Source of the DNA: Candidatus Eiseniibacteriota bacterium
Lineage (GTDB): Bacteria > Eisenbacteria > RBG-16-71-46
Assembly (NCBI GenBank): GCA_044222065.1
Contig: JBGAOA010000020.1
Coordinates: forward strand, 1-59,908
Length of the DNA: 59,908 nt
Direction of reading: 5' to 3'
Shown here: positions 1 to 9,400 of the stretch, one piece after another
Layout: each line of letters starts with the position of its first letter
How positions within the stretch are numbered: position 1 is the stretch's first letter
The notes under the pieces: model-generated
What the model was told of the DNA's origin: nothing
Database searches by the model: none
The model's input: the letters and a program-made list of their open reading frames with translations, nothing else
Made by a program: the position numbers and the translations under genes

Positions 1-126
1 CGTCGGGCTCGTGTGCGCGCGCGAGGTAGGTCATGCGCCACGGCGCCCAGAGCCGCGCGGGCCCGGTGCCGGAGGGCGTGGCGCCGCGCGTCCGTGCCCG
101 TCCGCCCGAGGTCCGGCCGGCGCGCT

Positions 127-900
127 TCACGTGCGCGCCTCCTTCGCCTGCAGCTCGCGCCAGATCGTCTCCGCTTCGTCGAGCTGCGGCACGGTGTTGA
201 TCCCGAGCGTCTCGCGGTAGTCCTCGGCCAGCACGACCGCAGCGCGGTGGCCGTTCGCGCGCAACAGCGCGACCGTGTCCGTCAGGTAGTACTCGCCCTG
301 CGCGTTCTCGGCCGTGAGCCGCCCGAGCACGGACGCGAGCTTCGGGTAGTCGAACACGTAGATGCCCGAGTTCACCTCGTCGAGCCGCCGGATCTCGTCG
401 CTCGCGTCCTTCTCCTCGACGATGCGGTCGATGCCGCCGTCGGCGGTGCGGACGACGCGGCCGTAGCCCTTCGGATCCGGAAGCCGCATGGAGAGCACGG
501 TGACGGCGGCGCCCGAGGCGCGATGTCCTTCGATGAGCGCGTGCATGGTCGACGCGCGCAGCAGCGGAGTGTCGCCGCACACGACGAGCAGGCTGCCGCC
601 GAAGCCCGCGAGCGCCTCGCCGGCGCACAGCACCGCGTGCCCCGTGCCCCGCTGTTCGGCCTGCACGGCCCATTCGACGTTCGGGGCGCCGCGGAACGCC
701 TCGACGACCTGCTCGCGACGGTGGCCGATCACCGCGACGCGCCGGCTCACGCCGAGCGTCTCGAGCATGCGGAGCACGTGACCGAGCAACGGCGTCCCCG
801 CCATCGGATGCAGCACCTTCGGCAGGTCGCTGTTCATGCGCTTGCCCATTCCGGCGGCGAGGATCAGGGCGACGGTCTCGGGATGCGAATAGCGCGTCAT
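127..900 (-). CDS. GlmU-like nucleotidyltransferase (N-terminal pyrophosphorylase domain only)
   Basis: ILAAGMGKRMNSDLPKVLH, EQRGTGHA, GDTPLL, GYGRVVR, NAQGEYYLTD motifs. ATG at 900 overlaps panC stop. No C-terminal hexapeptide acetyltransferase domain. Confidence 0.88.
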   Translation of the reverse strand: MTRYSHPETVALILAAGMGKRMNSDLPKVLHPMAGTPLLGHVLRMLETLGVSRRVAVIGHRREQVVEAFRGAPNVEWAVQAEQRGTGHAVLCAGEALAGFGGSLLVVCGDTPLLRASTMHALIEGHRASGAAVTVLSMRLPDPKGYGRVVRTADGGIDRIVEEKDASDEIRRLDEVNSGIYVFDYPKLASVLGRLTAENAQGEYYLTDTVALLRANGHRAAVVLAEDYRETLGINTVPQLDEAETIWRELQAKEART

Positions 901-1799
901 GCGCGTTTCCTCGTTCGGGAGCGCGTCGGCGGCTCCCATTCGAAATTGTCGATGAGCCGCGCGGGACCGACCCGCGCGGCGACGGCGACGAGCACGCGGC
1001 CGCGCACGGTGCGCACCGGGCGCAGCGTGCGGGCGTCCACGACCGCGACGTAGTCCTCGCGCACGGCGCCGAGGCCGCGCAGCGCGCGGCGCACGAGCGC
1101 CGCGAGCCTGGCGGCCGAGCGCTCGCCGGCGCCGAGCGCGTTGCGCGCGTCCGCGAGCCCCTGCGAGAGCGACATCGCCTGCTCGCGGTGCGGCTCCGAC
1201 AGGTAGGCGTTGCGCGACGACATCGCGAGCCCGTCGGGCTCGCGCACGGTCGGCGCGCGGCGCACGACGACCGGCACGTCGAGGTCGCGCACCATCTGCT
1301 CGACGATGCGCGCCTGCTGGGCGTCCTTCTGCCCGAGCCACAACACGTCCGGCTGGACGACGTTGAGCAGCTTCAGCACGACCGTTGCCACGCCGGTGAA
1401 GTGTCCGGGCCGCGACGCCCCCTCGAGCACGTCGTCGAGTTCGTGCACCCGCACGCGCGTGACGCTTCCCGGCGGATAGAGCGCCGCCGCCTCGGGCTCC
1501 CACAGCAGGTCCACGCCGGCGGCGCGGAACAGCGCCCGGTCGCGCGCGCGCGGCCGCGGGTACCGGCGGAAGTCCTCGGTCGGGCCGAACTGGAGCGGAT
1601 TCACGAACACGCTCGCGACGACGCGATCGGCGTCGACGCGCGCGCGGGCGACGAGGCTCAGGTGTCCGGCGTGGATCGCGCCCATCGTCGGAACGAACGC
1701 GACGCGCTCGCCGGCCGCCTTCCACCGCCCGACGCGCGCGCGAACGTCGGCGATCGAGCGCACGACGACGAACGGCCGGGGGCGGCGCGAGGGGCTCAA
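897..1799 (-). CDS. panC: pantoate--beta-alanine ligase
   Basis: FVPTMGAIHAGHLSL, SVFVNPLQFGP, RPGHFTGV, GQKDAQQ, REPDGLAMSSRN, RLIDN. Start inferred at TTG overlapping panB stop. Confidence 0.95.
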   Translation of the reverse strand: MSPSRRPRPFVVVRSIADVRARVGRWKAAGERVAFVPTMGAIHAGHLSLVARARVDADRVVASVFVNPLQFGPTEDFRRYPRPRARDRALFRAAGVDLLWEPEAAALYPPGSVTRVRVHELDDVLEGASRPGHFTGVATVVLKLLNVVQPDVLWLGQKDAQQARIVEQMVRDLDVPVVVRRAPTVREPDGLAMSSRNAYLSEPHREQAMSLSQGLADARNALGAGERSAARLAALVRRALRGLGAVREDYVAVVDARTLRPVRTVRGRVLVAVAARVGPARLIDNFEWEPPTRSRTRKRA

Positions 1800-2632
1800 T
1801 ACGACTCCGCGTCGCTCGGGTAGCGCTTCGCCTTCACGTCGGCGAGGAAGCGCTCGAACGCGGAGCGCATTTCGGCGCCCAGCTCGGCGTAGCGGCGGAC
1901 GAACTTCGGCTGGCGCCCGAGGTACAGGCCGACGAGGTCGTGCGTGACGAGCACCTGGCCGTCGCACTGCACGCCCGCGCCGATGCCGATCGTCGGGATC
2001 GTGAGCGACTTGGACACCGCCGCCCCGAGGCGCGCCGGGATGCCCTCGAGCACGATCGCGAAGCAGCCCGCCGATTCGAGCAGTCCCGCCTCGCGCTGGA
2101 GCCGCTCCTGGTCGGCTTCGCCGCGCGCCTGGACCTTGTAGCCGCCGAACGCGAGCACCGACTGCGGCGTGAGGCCCAGGTGCCCCATCACGGGAATGCC
2201 GGCCGCGGTGATGCGGCGCACCGCCTCGACGACGCGCTCGCCGCCCTCGAGCTTCACGGCGTCCGCGCCGCCTTCCTGAACGAGCCGTCCGGCGTTCGCG
2301 ACCGCCTGCTCGGGCGAGACCTGGTAGCTCATGAACGGCATGTCCGCGATCACGAGCGCGGACGTGCGGGCGCGCACGACGGCCTTCGTGTGGTGGAGGA
2401 TGTCCTCCATCGTCACGGGCAGCGTGCTCTCGTAGCCGAGCACGACCGTGCCGAGGCTGTCGCCCACGAGCAGCATCTCGACGCCCGCGTCGTCGGCGAG
2501 CCGGGCCGTCGGGTGGTCGTAGGCGGTGACGACGACGATCGGCTCGCCGCGGCGCTTCATCTCGGCGAACGCGGTCGCCTGCAGCTTCGGCCGGGGCGCG
2601 CGGCGCGCGCCCAGATTCGCATCGGAACTCAT
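1796..2632 (-). CDS. panB: 3-methyl-2-oxobutanoate hydroxymethyltransferase
   Basis: TAYD, LLVGDSLG, ADMPF, VKLEGG, GHLGLTPQ, IGIGAG..DGQVLV. Confidence 0.97.
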   Translation of the reverse strand: MSSDANLGARRAPRPKLQATAFAEMKRRGEPIVVVTAYDHPTARLADDAGVEMLLVGDSLGTVVLGYESTLPVTMEDILHHTKAVVRARTSALVIADMPFMSYQVSPEQAVANAGRLVQEGGADAVKLEGGERVVEAVRRITAAGIPVMGHLGLTPQSVLAFGGYKVQARGEADQERLQREAGLLESAGCFAIVLEGIPARLGAAVSKSLTIPTIGIGAGVQCDGQVLVTHDLVGLYLGRQPKFVRRYAELGAEMRSAFERFLADVKAKRYPSDAESY

Positions 2633-3279
2633 GTCGTCTTCCCTCGTTCGATCGGCGCGTAGTACACGGTGCCCTGGCGATGGGACAGGATGCGCTTGAG
2701 CAGGTCCTCGAAGTCGTCCGGGTTGTTCACGAAATCGATCGCGTTCGTGTTCACGACCAGCAGCGGCGCTTCGACGTAGTGGAAGAAGAAGTGGTTGTAG
2801 GCTTCGTTGAGCTGCTTGATGTAGTCGCGTTCCATCTCGCGCTCGAAGGTCCGCCCGCGCTTCGCGATGCGTTCCATGAGCACGTCCGGATTGGCCTGCA
2901 GGTACACGACGACGTCCGGCTTCATGACCTCGAGTTCGAGCCAGCCCACGAGCCGCTCGTACAGCGCGAGCTCGCGATCCTGCAGGTTCAATCCGGCGAA
3001 GATGCGGTCCTTCGCGAACAGGTAGTCCGAGACCGTGCGTTCGCGGAACAGGTCGAGCTGGCGCAGGTTCCGCTGCTGCTGGTAGCGGCTGAACAGGAAG
3101 TGCATCTGCGTCTGGAACGCGTAGCGCGCGCGGTCGCGATAGAAGTCCTTGAGGAAGGGATTCTCCTCGACCTCTTCGAGCACGAGCTTGGCCGTGAGCC
3201 GCTCGCTCAGCAGCCGCGAGAGACTCGTCTTGCCGACGCCGATCACGCCCTCGACGACGATGTAGCGGTTCTCCGCCAT
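2629..3279 (-). CDS. deoxynucleoside kinase family protein
   Basis: P-loop EGVIGVGKTSL, NPFLKDFY, PDVVVYL, RIAKRGR.FE. Usual folK-dNK-panB context. Confidence 0.92.
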   Translation of the reverse strand: MAENRYIVVEGVIGVGKTSLSRLLSERLTAKLVLEEVEENPFLKDFYRDRARYAFQTQMHFLFSRYQQQRNLRQLDLFRERTVSDYLFAKDRIFAGLNLQDRELALYERLVGWLELEVMKPDVVVYLQANPDVLMERIAKRGRTFEREMERDYIKQLNEAYNHFFFHYVEAPLLVVNTNAIDFVNNPDDFEDLLKRILSHRQGTVYYAPIERGKTT

Positions 3280-3328
3280 CCCTGGATCCGATTGCGAGGT
3301 GTGGGGCCGAAAGTCGGCGCGGACGGGC

Positions 3329-3823
3329 TCAGTTCCAGAGCCGCGTGTCCTTCTTCACCGGCGGCCGAGAGTGGATCCGCGACAGGTGCGAGACCAGCGT
3401 CTCGCCCGTCTCGGGGTGAACGAGCAACGGGTCCAGTTCGACGAGCGGCACGAGCACGAAGGAGCGCCTCGCGAGTTCGGGGTGCGGCACGCGCAGGTCC
3501 GGCTCCTCGATGACGACGTTGCCGTACAGCAGGAGATCGAGGTCGATCGTGCGCGGCCCCCACTTCTGGGTGCGAACGCGCCCGAGGCGGCGCTCGATCA
3601 GCAGCAGGTTCCAGAGCAGCTGGCGGGCCGTGAGCCCGGTCTCGATCTGGCAGACGGCGTTCAGGAAGTTCGGCTGCTCGGCGTCGCCGACGGGTTCGGT
3701 GTCGTACAGCGAGGACGCGCGCACGAGCGTGGTCTCGGGCAGCCGCGCGATCTCCTCGAGCGCCGAGCGGATCATCTCCTCGCGCTCGCCGAGGTTCGAG
3801 CCCAGTCCGACGAACGCCCTCAT
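3329..3823 (-). CDS. folK: 2-amino-4-hydroxy-6-hydroxymethyldihydropteridine diphosphokinase
   Basis: GLGSNLG, SSLY.TEP, FLNAV, WGPRTIDLDLL, PHP. Confidence 0.96.
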   Translation of the reverse strand: MRAFVGLGSNLGEREEMIRSALEEIARLPETTLVRASSLYDTEPVGDAEQPNFLNAVCQIETGLTARQLLWNLLLIERRLGRVRTQKWGPRTIDLDLLLYGNVVIEEPDLRVPHPELARRSFVLVPLVELDPLLVHPETGETLVSHLSRIHSRPPVKKDTRLWN

Positions 3824-4245
3824 CGCGCCACCCGCTTGCGGGAGCCCCGGCGCACGCTCGCGGCCCGCGCGGCGTGCGGGCGGCGGCGAGCGCCCCGCTC
3901 GCGCGTCACTTCGATCACGGCGCGGCCGCCGGTCGTCCAGCCGAGATTCTGCTTCGCGATCCGCACGCGCACTCGCCGCACGGCGAAGCGCGCGAGGATC
4001 GTCTCGGCGGTGGTCGCGGCGAGCGCCTCGAGCAGGTGGAAGCTCTTCCCCTCGACGACCTCGCGGACGAGTTCGTAGAGGCGGTCGTAGTCCACCGCGT
4101 CGCCGAGCCGGTCCGTGCGTTCGGCGCGGTCGTCGGCCGGCTCGAGCTCGAGGTCCACTTCGAGCCGCTGCCCCGCTTCCTTCTCGTAGGGACGCGCGCC
4201 GTGGTGACCGAACACCGACAGACCCTCGACCCGGATGATCGCCAC
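3820..4245 (-). CDS. folB: dihydroneopterin aldolase
   Basis: GHHGA..EK..GQR.EVD, DAVDY, FHLLEALA. GTG start preceded by GGAGG. Confidence 0.92.
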   Translation of the reverse strand: MAIIRVEGLSVFGHHGARPYEKEAGQRLEVDLELEPADDRAERTDRLGDAVDYDRLYELVREVVEGKSFHLLEALAATTAETILARFAVRRVRVRIAKQNLGWTTGGRAVIEVTRERGARRRPHAARAASVRRGSRKRVAR

Positions 4246-4304
4246 GCGCGTGCCTCCGCATGAAAGACGGCCGGCGAGCGTGCCGGCCGTCGAATTCGCG
4301 GGCG

Positions 4305-4334
4305 AGTCTAGGAGCCGCGCTCGAAGGGGGTCAA
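4305..4334 (-). promoter_or_regulatory. sigma70-type promoter of the folB operon
   Basis: Minus strand TTGACC-18 nt-TAGACT, about 60 nt upstream of folB. Confidence 0.6.
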
Positions 4335-4377
4335 GGCGCGGCGGGCCCGAACGACGCCGGGTCCGCCGCACGCGGGA

Positions 4378-6282
4378 TCAGTGCCCCGTGAGCTTGCGGA
4401 GCAGCTCGGGACCGTTCTCCCAGATCACGAGCACGACGCCCATCAGGCTCTCGCCCGCGATCCAGCCGGAAGCGACCGGGAACGTGAATTCCTCGGCGAG
4501 CTTCGGCTTCGACTTCTCGAACCACCACCCGATCACGCCGCCGAGGAAGAACAGCAGCCCGTAGTACCAGTGGAACGTCCACGCGAGTCCGACCGCGGCC
4601 GGCGAGGGGATCAGGTGCCGCTGCTTCGGGAACCAGGTCGAGAGCAGCGTCAGCACGATGCCGGCGACGGCGCCCCACAGGATGAGCGAGCGCTTCACGG
4701 GCTCGAGCCCCGAGAGCCCCTTCGACAGCGCGATCGCGACCGCGCGCCACGTCTGCATGGCGGGCGCCGGGAACTGATCGGTGCCGAGCACGGACGCGTT
4801 CGGCACGAGCAGCTGGAACGACACGACCGTCGCGAGCGTGCCGATGAAGATGCCGGCGAACTGCGCGATGAACTGCTTGCGCGGATTCGCGCCGAGCAGG
4901 TAGCCGCTCTTCAGGTCGGTCAGCAGGTCGGCGCTGCAGCTCGCCGAGTTCGCCGTCACGTTCGCGCTCATCAGGTTCACGTTCATGTCGCCGGGCCGGA
5001 TGAGGCCGAACGCGAGCTGCGTGATCTTGCCCATCGCGCCGACCGGAGTCGTGTCGGTCTCTCCCGTGACGCGGCACGCGACGAGCGTGAGCGCGAACGA
5101 CAGCACGACGGCGATCGCCGTCTGCCACACCGGCATCCCGAACGTGACGTGACCGAGCCACGAGAGCCCGACGAGGCCGACGACCTGTCCCCACAGGAAC
5201 CACGACGAGGGCGCTTCGATCTCGGCGAGCCGGTCGTCGCGCTTCGACTTCGCGCCGAACAGCGCGGCCATGTCGGTGAACGCGCGGAGCGCGGTGCGCC
5301 ACTGCATCGCGAACGCGAGCAGGCTCGAGGACACCATGCAGGCGACGCCGCCCCACAGCAGCCACGTCACGTTCGCGCGGTAGCCCGTGCCCTCGATCAG
5401 CCCCTGGCTCGAGAGCCACGGCGCCATGAACATCCAGGCCGTGATGCTGCCGAGCATCATGCTCCAGCCGACGTGGAGCCCGGTGATCGCGCCGGCCGCG
5501 ATGAACAGCGGCTCCCACGAGATCATCACGGTGCGCCCCATCCACTCGGGGCCGAACACCTTCTGGTTCAGGTTCGTCACCCACGTCCCGATCATCGCGG
5601 GCTCGAGCGAGGGGCTGATGCGCACGAGCCCTTCCGCCCAGAACTTGCTGATCGCCGCGAACAGCCCGGCGATGCCGAGCGACTGCGCCGAGCGCTGGCC
5701 CTTGTTCCCGGTCGAGTGCAGCGCGCGCAGCGTCTCGGCCGCCGCGATGCCGCTCGGGAAGCGCAGCTGCTCGATGTTGATCATCTGGCGCTTCATCGGG
5801 ATCGCCATCGTGACGCCCATCAGCGCGAGGAAGAACACCCACCACAGCATCGTCCAGAACGGCATCGTGGTGTTGTTGATCACCATGTACGCCGCGAACG
5901 CCGAAATGAGCGTGCCGCCGGTCGAATAACCGGCGGCGCTCGCGGTGGACTGCATGCAGTTGTTCTCGAGGATCGTCATCGGCGTCTTCGCGATGCCGAC
6001 CTTGTGGAACGTCGTCCAGATCGCGTACGACAGGATGCACGCGGTGATCGCGACGCCGAACGCCCAGCCGGCCTTGAGGCCGATGTACAGGTTCGTGAGC
6101 GACAGCACGGCGCCGAGGAGCGAGCCCATGATCACGGCCCGCCAGGTGAGCTGCAGCATGGAGTCGCCGCGGCCCCGGTAGACCTTCTCGTACCACTGCT
6201 GCTCGATCTCGTCGGGGGTGCCCTCGAAGGGCTTGATCGGAAGCGCGTCCAGCTCGTGAGCGGGCGTTGCGGGCTCGGCCAT
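4378..6282 (-). CDS. OPT family oligopeptide transporter
   Basis: QLTWRAVI.G, NLYIGLKAG, LENNCMQS.ASA, LRFPSG.A.AE, DLKSGYLLGANPR.QF, FPAP. Many hydrophobic segments. Confidence 0.93.
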   Translation of the reverse strand: MAEPATPAHELDALPIKPFEGTPDEIEQQWYEKVYRGRGDSMLQLTWRAVIMGSLLGAVLSLTNLYIGLKAGWAFGVAITACILSYAIWTTFHKVGIAKTPMTILENNCMQSTASAAGYSTGGTLISAFAAYMVINNTTMPFWTMLWWVFFLALMGVTMAIPMKRQMINIEQLRFPSGIAAAETLRALHSTGNKGQRSAQSLGIAGLFAAISKFWAEGLVRISPSLEPAMIGTWVTNLNQKVFGPEWMGRTVMISWEPLFIAAGAITGLHVGWSMMLGSITAWMFMAPWLSSQGLIEGTGYRANVTWLLWGGVACMVSSSLLAFAMQWRTALRAFTDMAALFGAKSKRDDRLAEIEAPSSWFLWGQVVGLVGLSWLGHVTFGMPVWQTAIAVVLSFALTLVACRVTGETDTTPVGAMGKITQLAFGLIRPGDMNVNLMSANVTANSASCSADLLTDLKSGYLLGANPRKQFIAQFAGIFIGTLATVVSFQLLVPNASVLGTDQFPAPAMQTWRAVAIALSKGLSGLEPVKRSLILWGAVAGIVLTLLSTWFPKQRHLIPSPAAVGLAWTFHWYYGLLFFLGGVIGWWFEKSKPKLAEEFTFPVASGWIAGESLMGVVLVIWENGPELLRKLTGH

Positions 6283-6431
6283 GGCGGATCCTCTCGATCT
6301 CACTGCGAGCGCCGTCCGCGAGCGCGGAACGCGGCGCGAATCATCGGTCCTGGGGCGAGGGGCGCCCGCCTCGAGCGAGTGAGGCGGGCCGCAGCATAAC
6401 CCGTCGTCCGCGCGGAGGCACGCGCGCGCGC

Positions 6432-9400
6432 TCAGCGCAGAACGACGAGCGTGCGCGTCTCGACGACGTGCGCGGCGGCGAAGCGCAGGTAGTAGACGCC
6501 GCTCGGGGCCGCGCGGCCGGAATCGTCCTTCCCGTCCCAGCGTTCGTGGTGCACGCCCGCGATCCGGCGCTCGTGCACGAGCGTGCGCACGCGGCGGCCG
6601 TCCACGCCGAACAGCGCGAGCTCGACGTCGGCATCGGACGCGAGCGCGAACGACAGCTCGCCGCCGCCGCGCAACGGGTTCGACGACGGCGCGAGCAGCA
6701 GTGTGCGCACGGGACGGGTGAGCACGGCGTCACCGCGGAGGTCGTCGAGCGCGACGGGTCGGTTCGACGCATCGCGCGCGACGAGCCGCTCGATGCGGAA
6801 GCCCGGATCGCCGGTGCGCCGCGCACGGAACGTGAACGTCGCGACCGGGCCCGTGCCCTCGATCCCGCGCGCGCGCAGGCCGAGCAGCGCGGCGTCGAGC
6901 GCGCCGCGCGCGGGCGACAGCGTGACGCCACCCTGCGCCTCGATGCGGCCCGACGAGCGCGTCTCGACCGGTTCCACCACGGCCGGGTTCCAGCCGAGCC
7001 GGGCCGAGAACGCCTGCACGCGTCCGTGCGCCTCGAGCGCGAGCGTGGCCGTGACCGTCTCCCCCGCCTCGACGAGCGCCGGCGCCGACAGCGAGAACGC
7101 CTCGGGCGCCGCGCTCGCGCCCGCTGCCGCGGCTTCGCGAGCGGCGAACTGCGGCGCCTGCACGACGGCGCCGAAGTTCCCCGCGAACACGAACAGGTCC
7201 TCGAAGTCGATGAGCCGGTCCGGCAGCGGACGTCCGTCGAGCGCGCCGCCCGCCGTGGGCCCGACGTCCAGGTACGCGACGCCGCGCGTCGTGATGTCCG
7301 AAGCGCCGATGCCGTAGTTCTCGCCGAGCAGCGACAGGTCCTCGGTGAAGTCCGCGTTGTTGCCCGTGCCGCGCACGAGCCCGTTCGAGACGTCGCCGAG
7401 CAGGTAGTTGAGCGTGCCGGGCGTGCGATTGGAAGGCGCCGAGGCGATGCCGCACGCATTCGTGACGATCGCGACGTAGTGCCAGAAGCCGCGCGGCGCC
7501 GTCGCGTCCACGTAGCCCGGTGCTGCGCCGGTCGCGATGAGCGACCACGGCGCGCCGGGCGCCGCGGCGCTGTCCGGCGGCGTCACGGGGCCGAGCGCGT
7601 CGTAGAGCGGGTAGCTGCCGAACGGCGCGCGGTAGAGCCGCACGGTGCCCGGGTCCCCGCTCGACCACGTGAGCGAGATTCCGCGCGTGGGTCCCGCGCC
7701 GTTGCCGTTCGCAATCGCGGTCGCGACGAGATCGTGGATCGCCGCCGGCGGCGCGTTGTTCACCGTGATCGCCGCCGCGGGGCCGGGAATCGCGGGCAGC
7801 GGCGCGCCGCCGCAATCGCGCAGGCCCACGGCGGTCACCGCGATCGCCGCCGCTCCGTCCACGCCGGTGGTCGCGAGGTCCATCGTGAACAGGGTGCCGC
7901 CCGTCGTCACTCCGCACGGCACGCCGACGATCGCCGCGTCCACCGTGTAGCGCCCGCCGCCGCGAGGCGTGACGTGGAGCTGCGAGTTCGGGAAGCCGGC
8001 GAGCCAGTTCCCGGCGTGGAAGTTCGACTCGGGAGTCGCGGGCGCGCAGAGCGCGAGGCGCGTCGTGTCGAGCGCGATCGTCACGCTGACGCCGCGCGCC
8101 GGATCGGACTCGCCGCGCGTGAAGACGACCGGCACGCTCGCGCACGGCTGCGCGTTCGACAGGCAGAGCCCCGTCGTGTTCGCGGCGACCATCGAGACCG
8201 GCGGCGTCGCGAACACCGGGAGCGTGAAGCTCTCGCTCGCCGTGCAGCCCGCGGTATCCGTGACCGTGACCGTGAACACGCCCACGCTCGTCGCGGGCGG
8301 CGTGCCCGAGAGGACGCCGTTCGCCGCACCGAGCGTGAGCCCCGTCGGCAGCGATCCGGCCGTGACGCTCCACGCGAACGGCGCCGCGCCGGCGCTCGAG
8401 ACGAGCGTCTCGGCGTACGCCACGCCGACGACTCCGAGCGGCAGCGCATCCGGGGTCACGGCCATCGCGGGACACGCGACCGCGAGCGTGTAGGCGCGCG
8501 CGCCCGGCACGCCGCCGGCGTCGGCGACGTTCACGGTGAACGCGTAGTTTCCGGCGGCGTAGCAGAAGCCCGAGATCACGCCGCCGCTCGAGAGCGTGAA
8601 GCCCGGCGGCAGCGCTCCGGCGCCGATCGAGTACGCGAACGGCGCCTCGCCCGGGGCCGCGGCGAGCGCCTGCGAGTACGGCGTCGCCGTCGTCGCGCCC
8701 GGCAGCGACGCCGGCGTGATCACGACCGGCGCGTTCTGGATGCGCAGGGAGGCGGGCGGACCGGCGGCGACCGGAATCGCGACGTTGTCGCAGTCGCGCG
8801 CCTTCGCCCACGTCACCTCGATCGGGCTCGAGCCGTCGCCGGCGACGGCCCCGAGTTCGACCGTGAACAGCGTCCCGCCCGCCGTGATGCCGCACGGCGA
8901 TCCGAGCAGCACGAGGTCCACCGCGTATTCGCCGCCGCCGACGTCGGTGACCAGCAGCTGCGCGTTCGGGTAGCCCGCGACCCACGGACCGGGCTGCACG
9001 CTCGCCGCCGGATTCGACGGCGTGCGGAGCGCGAGCCAGGCGGGGTCGATGCGGAAGCGCACGGTCACGCCGCGCGCGGGCGTCGCCTCGCCGCGCGTGA
9101 AGACGAACGGCACGGCCGGGTACGGATGCGCGCTCGACACCGCGAGCCCCGTCGTGTTCGCGGCGATGCTCGAGACCGGCGCCGACGCGAACACGTCCAC
9201 GACGTAGCTCTCGGAAGCCGAGCAGCCCGCCGTGTCGGTGACACCGATCGTGAAGGCGAACGTGCCCGTCGAGAGCGGCGTGCCCGAGAGAACGCCGGCG
9301 CTCGTGAGCGAGAGGCCCGAGGGCAGCGAACCGGCGGTGACGGCGAACGGCGCCGGAGCGAGGCTGCCGGGCGCGGCGAGCGTCTCGGCGTACGCGACTC

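Noticed and set aside
1..34. Possible start of a further minus-strand gene (MTYLARAHEPD)
   Set aside because: Too short at the window edge to support a call
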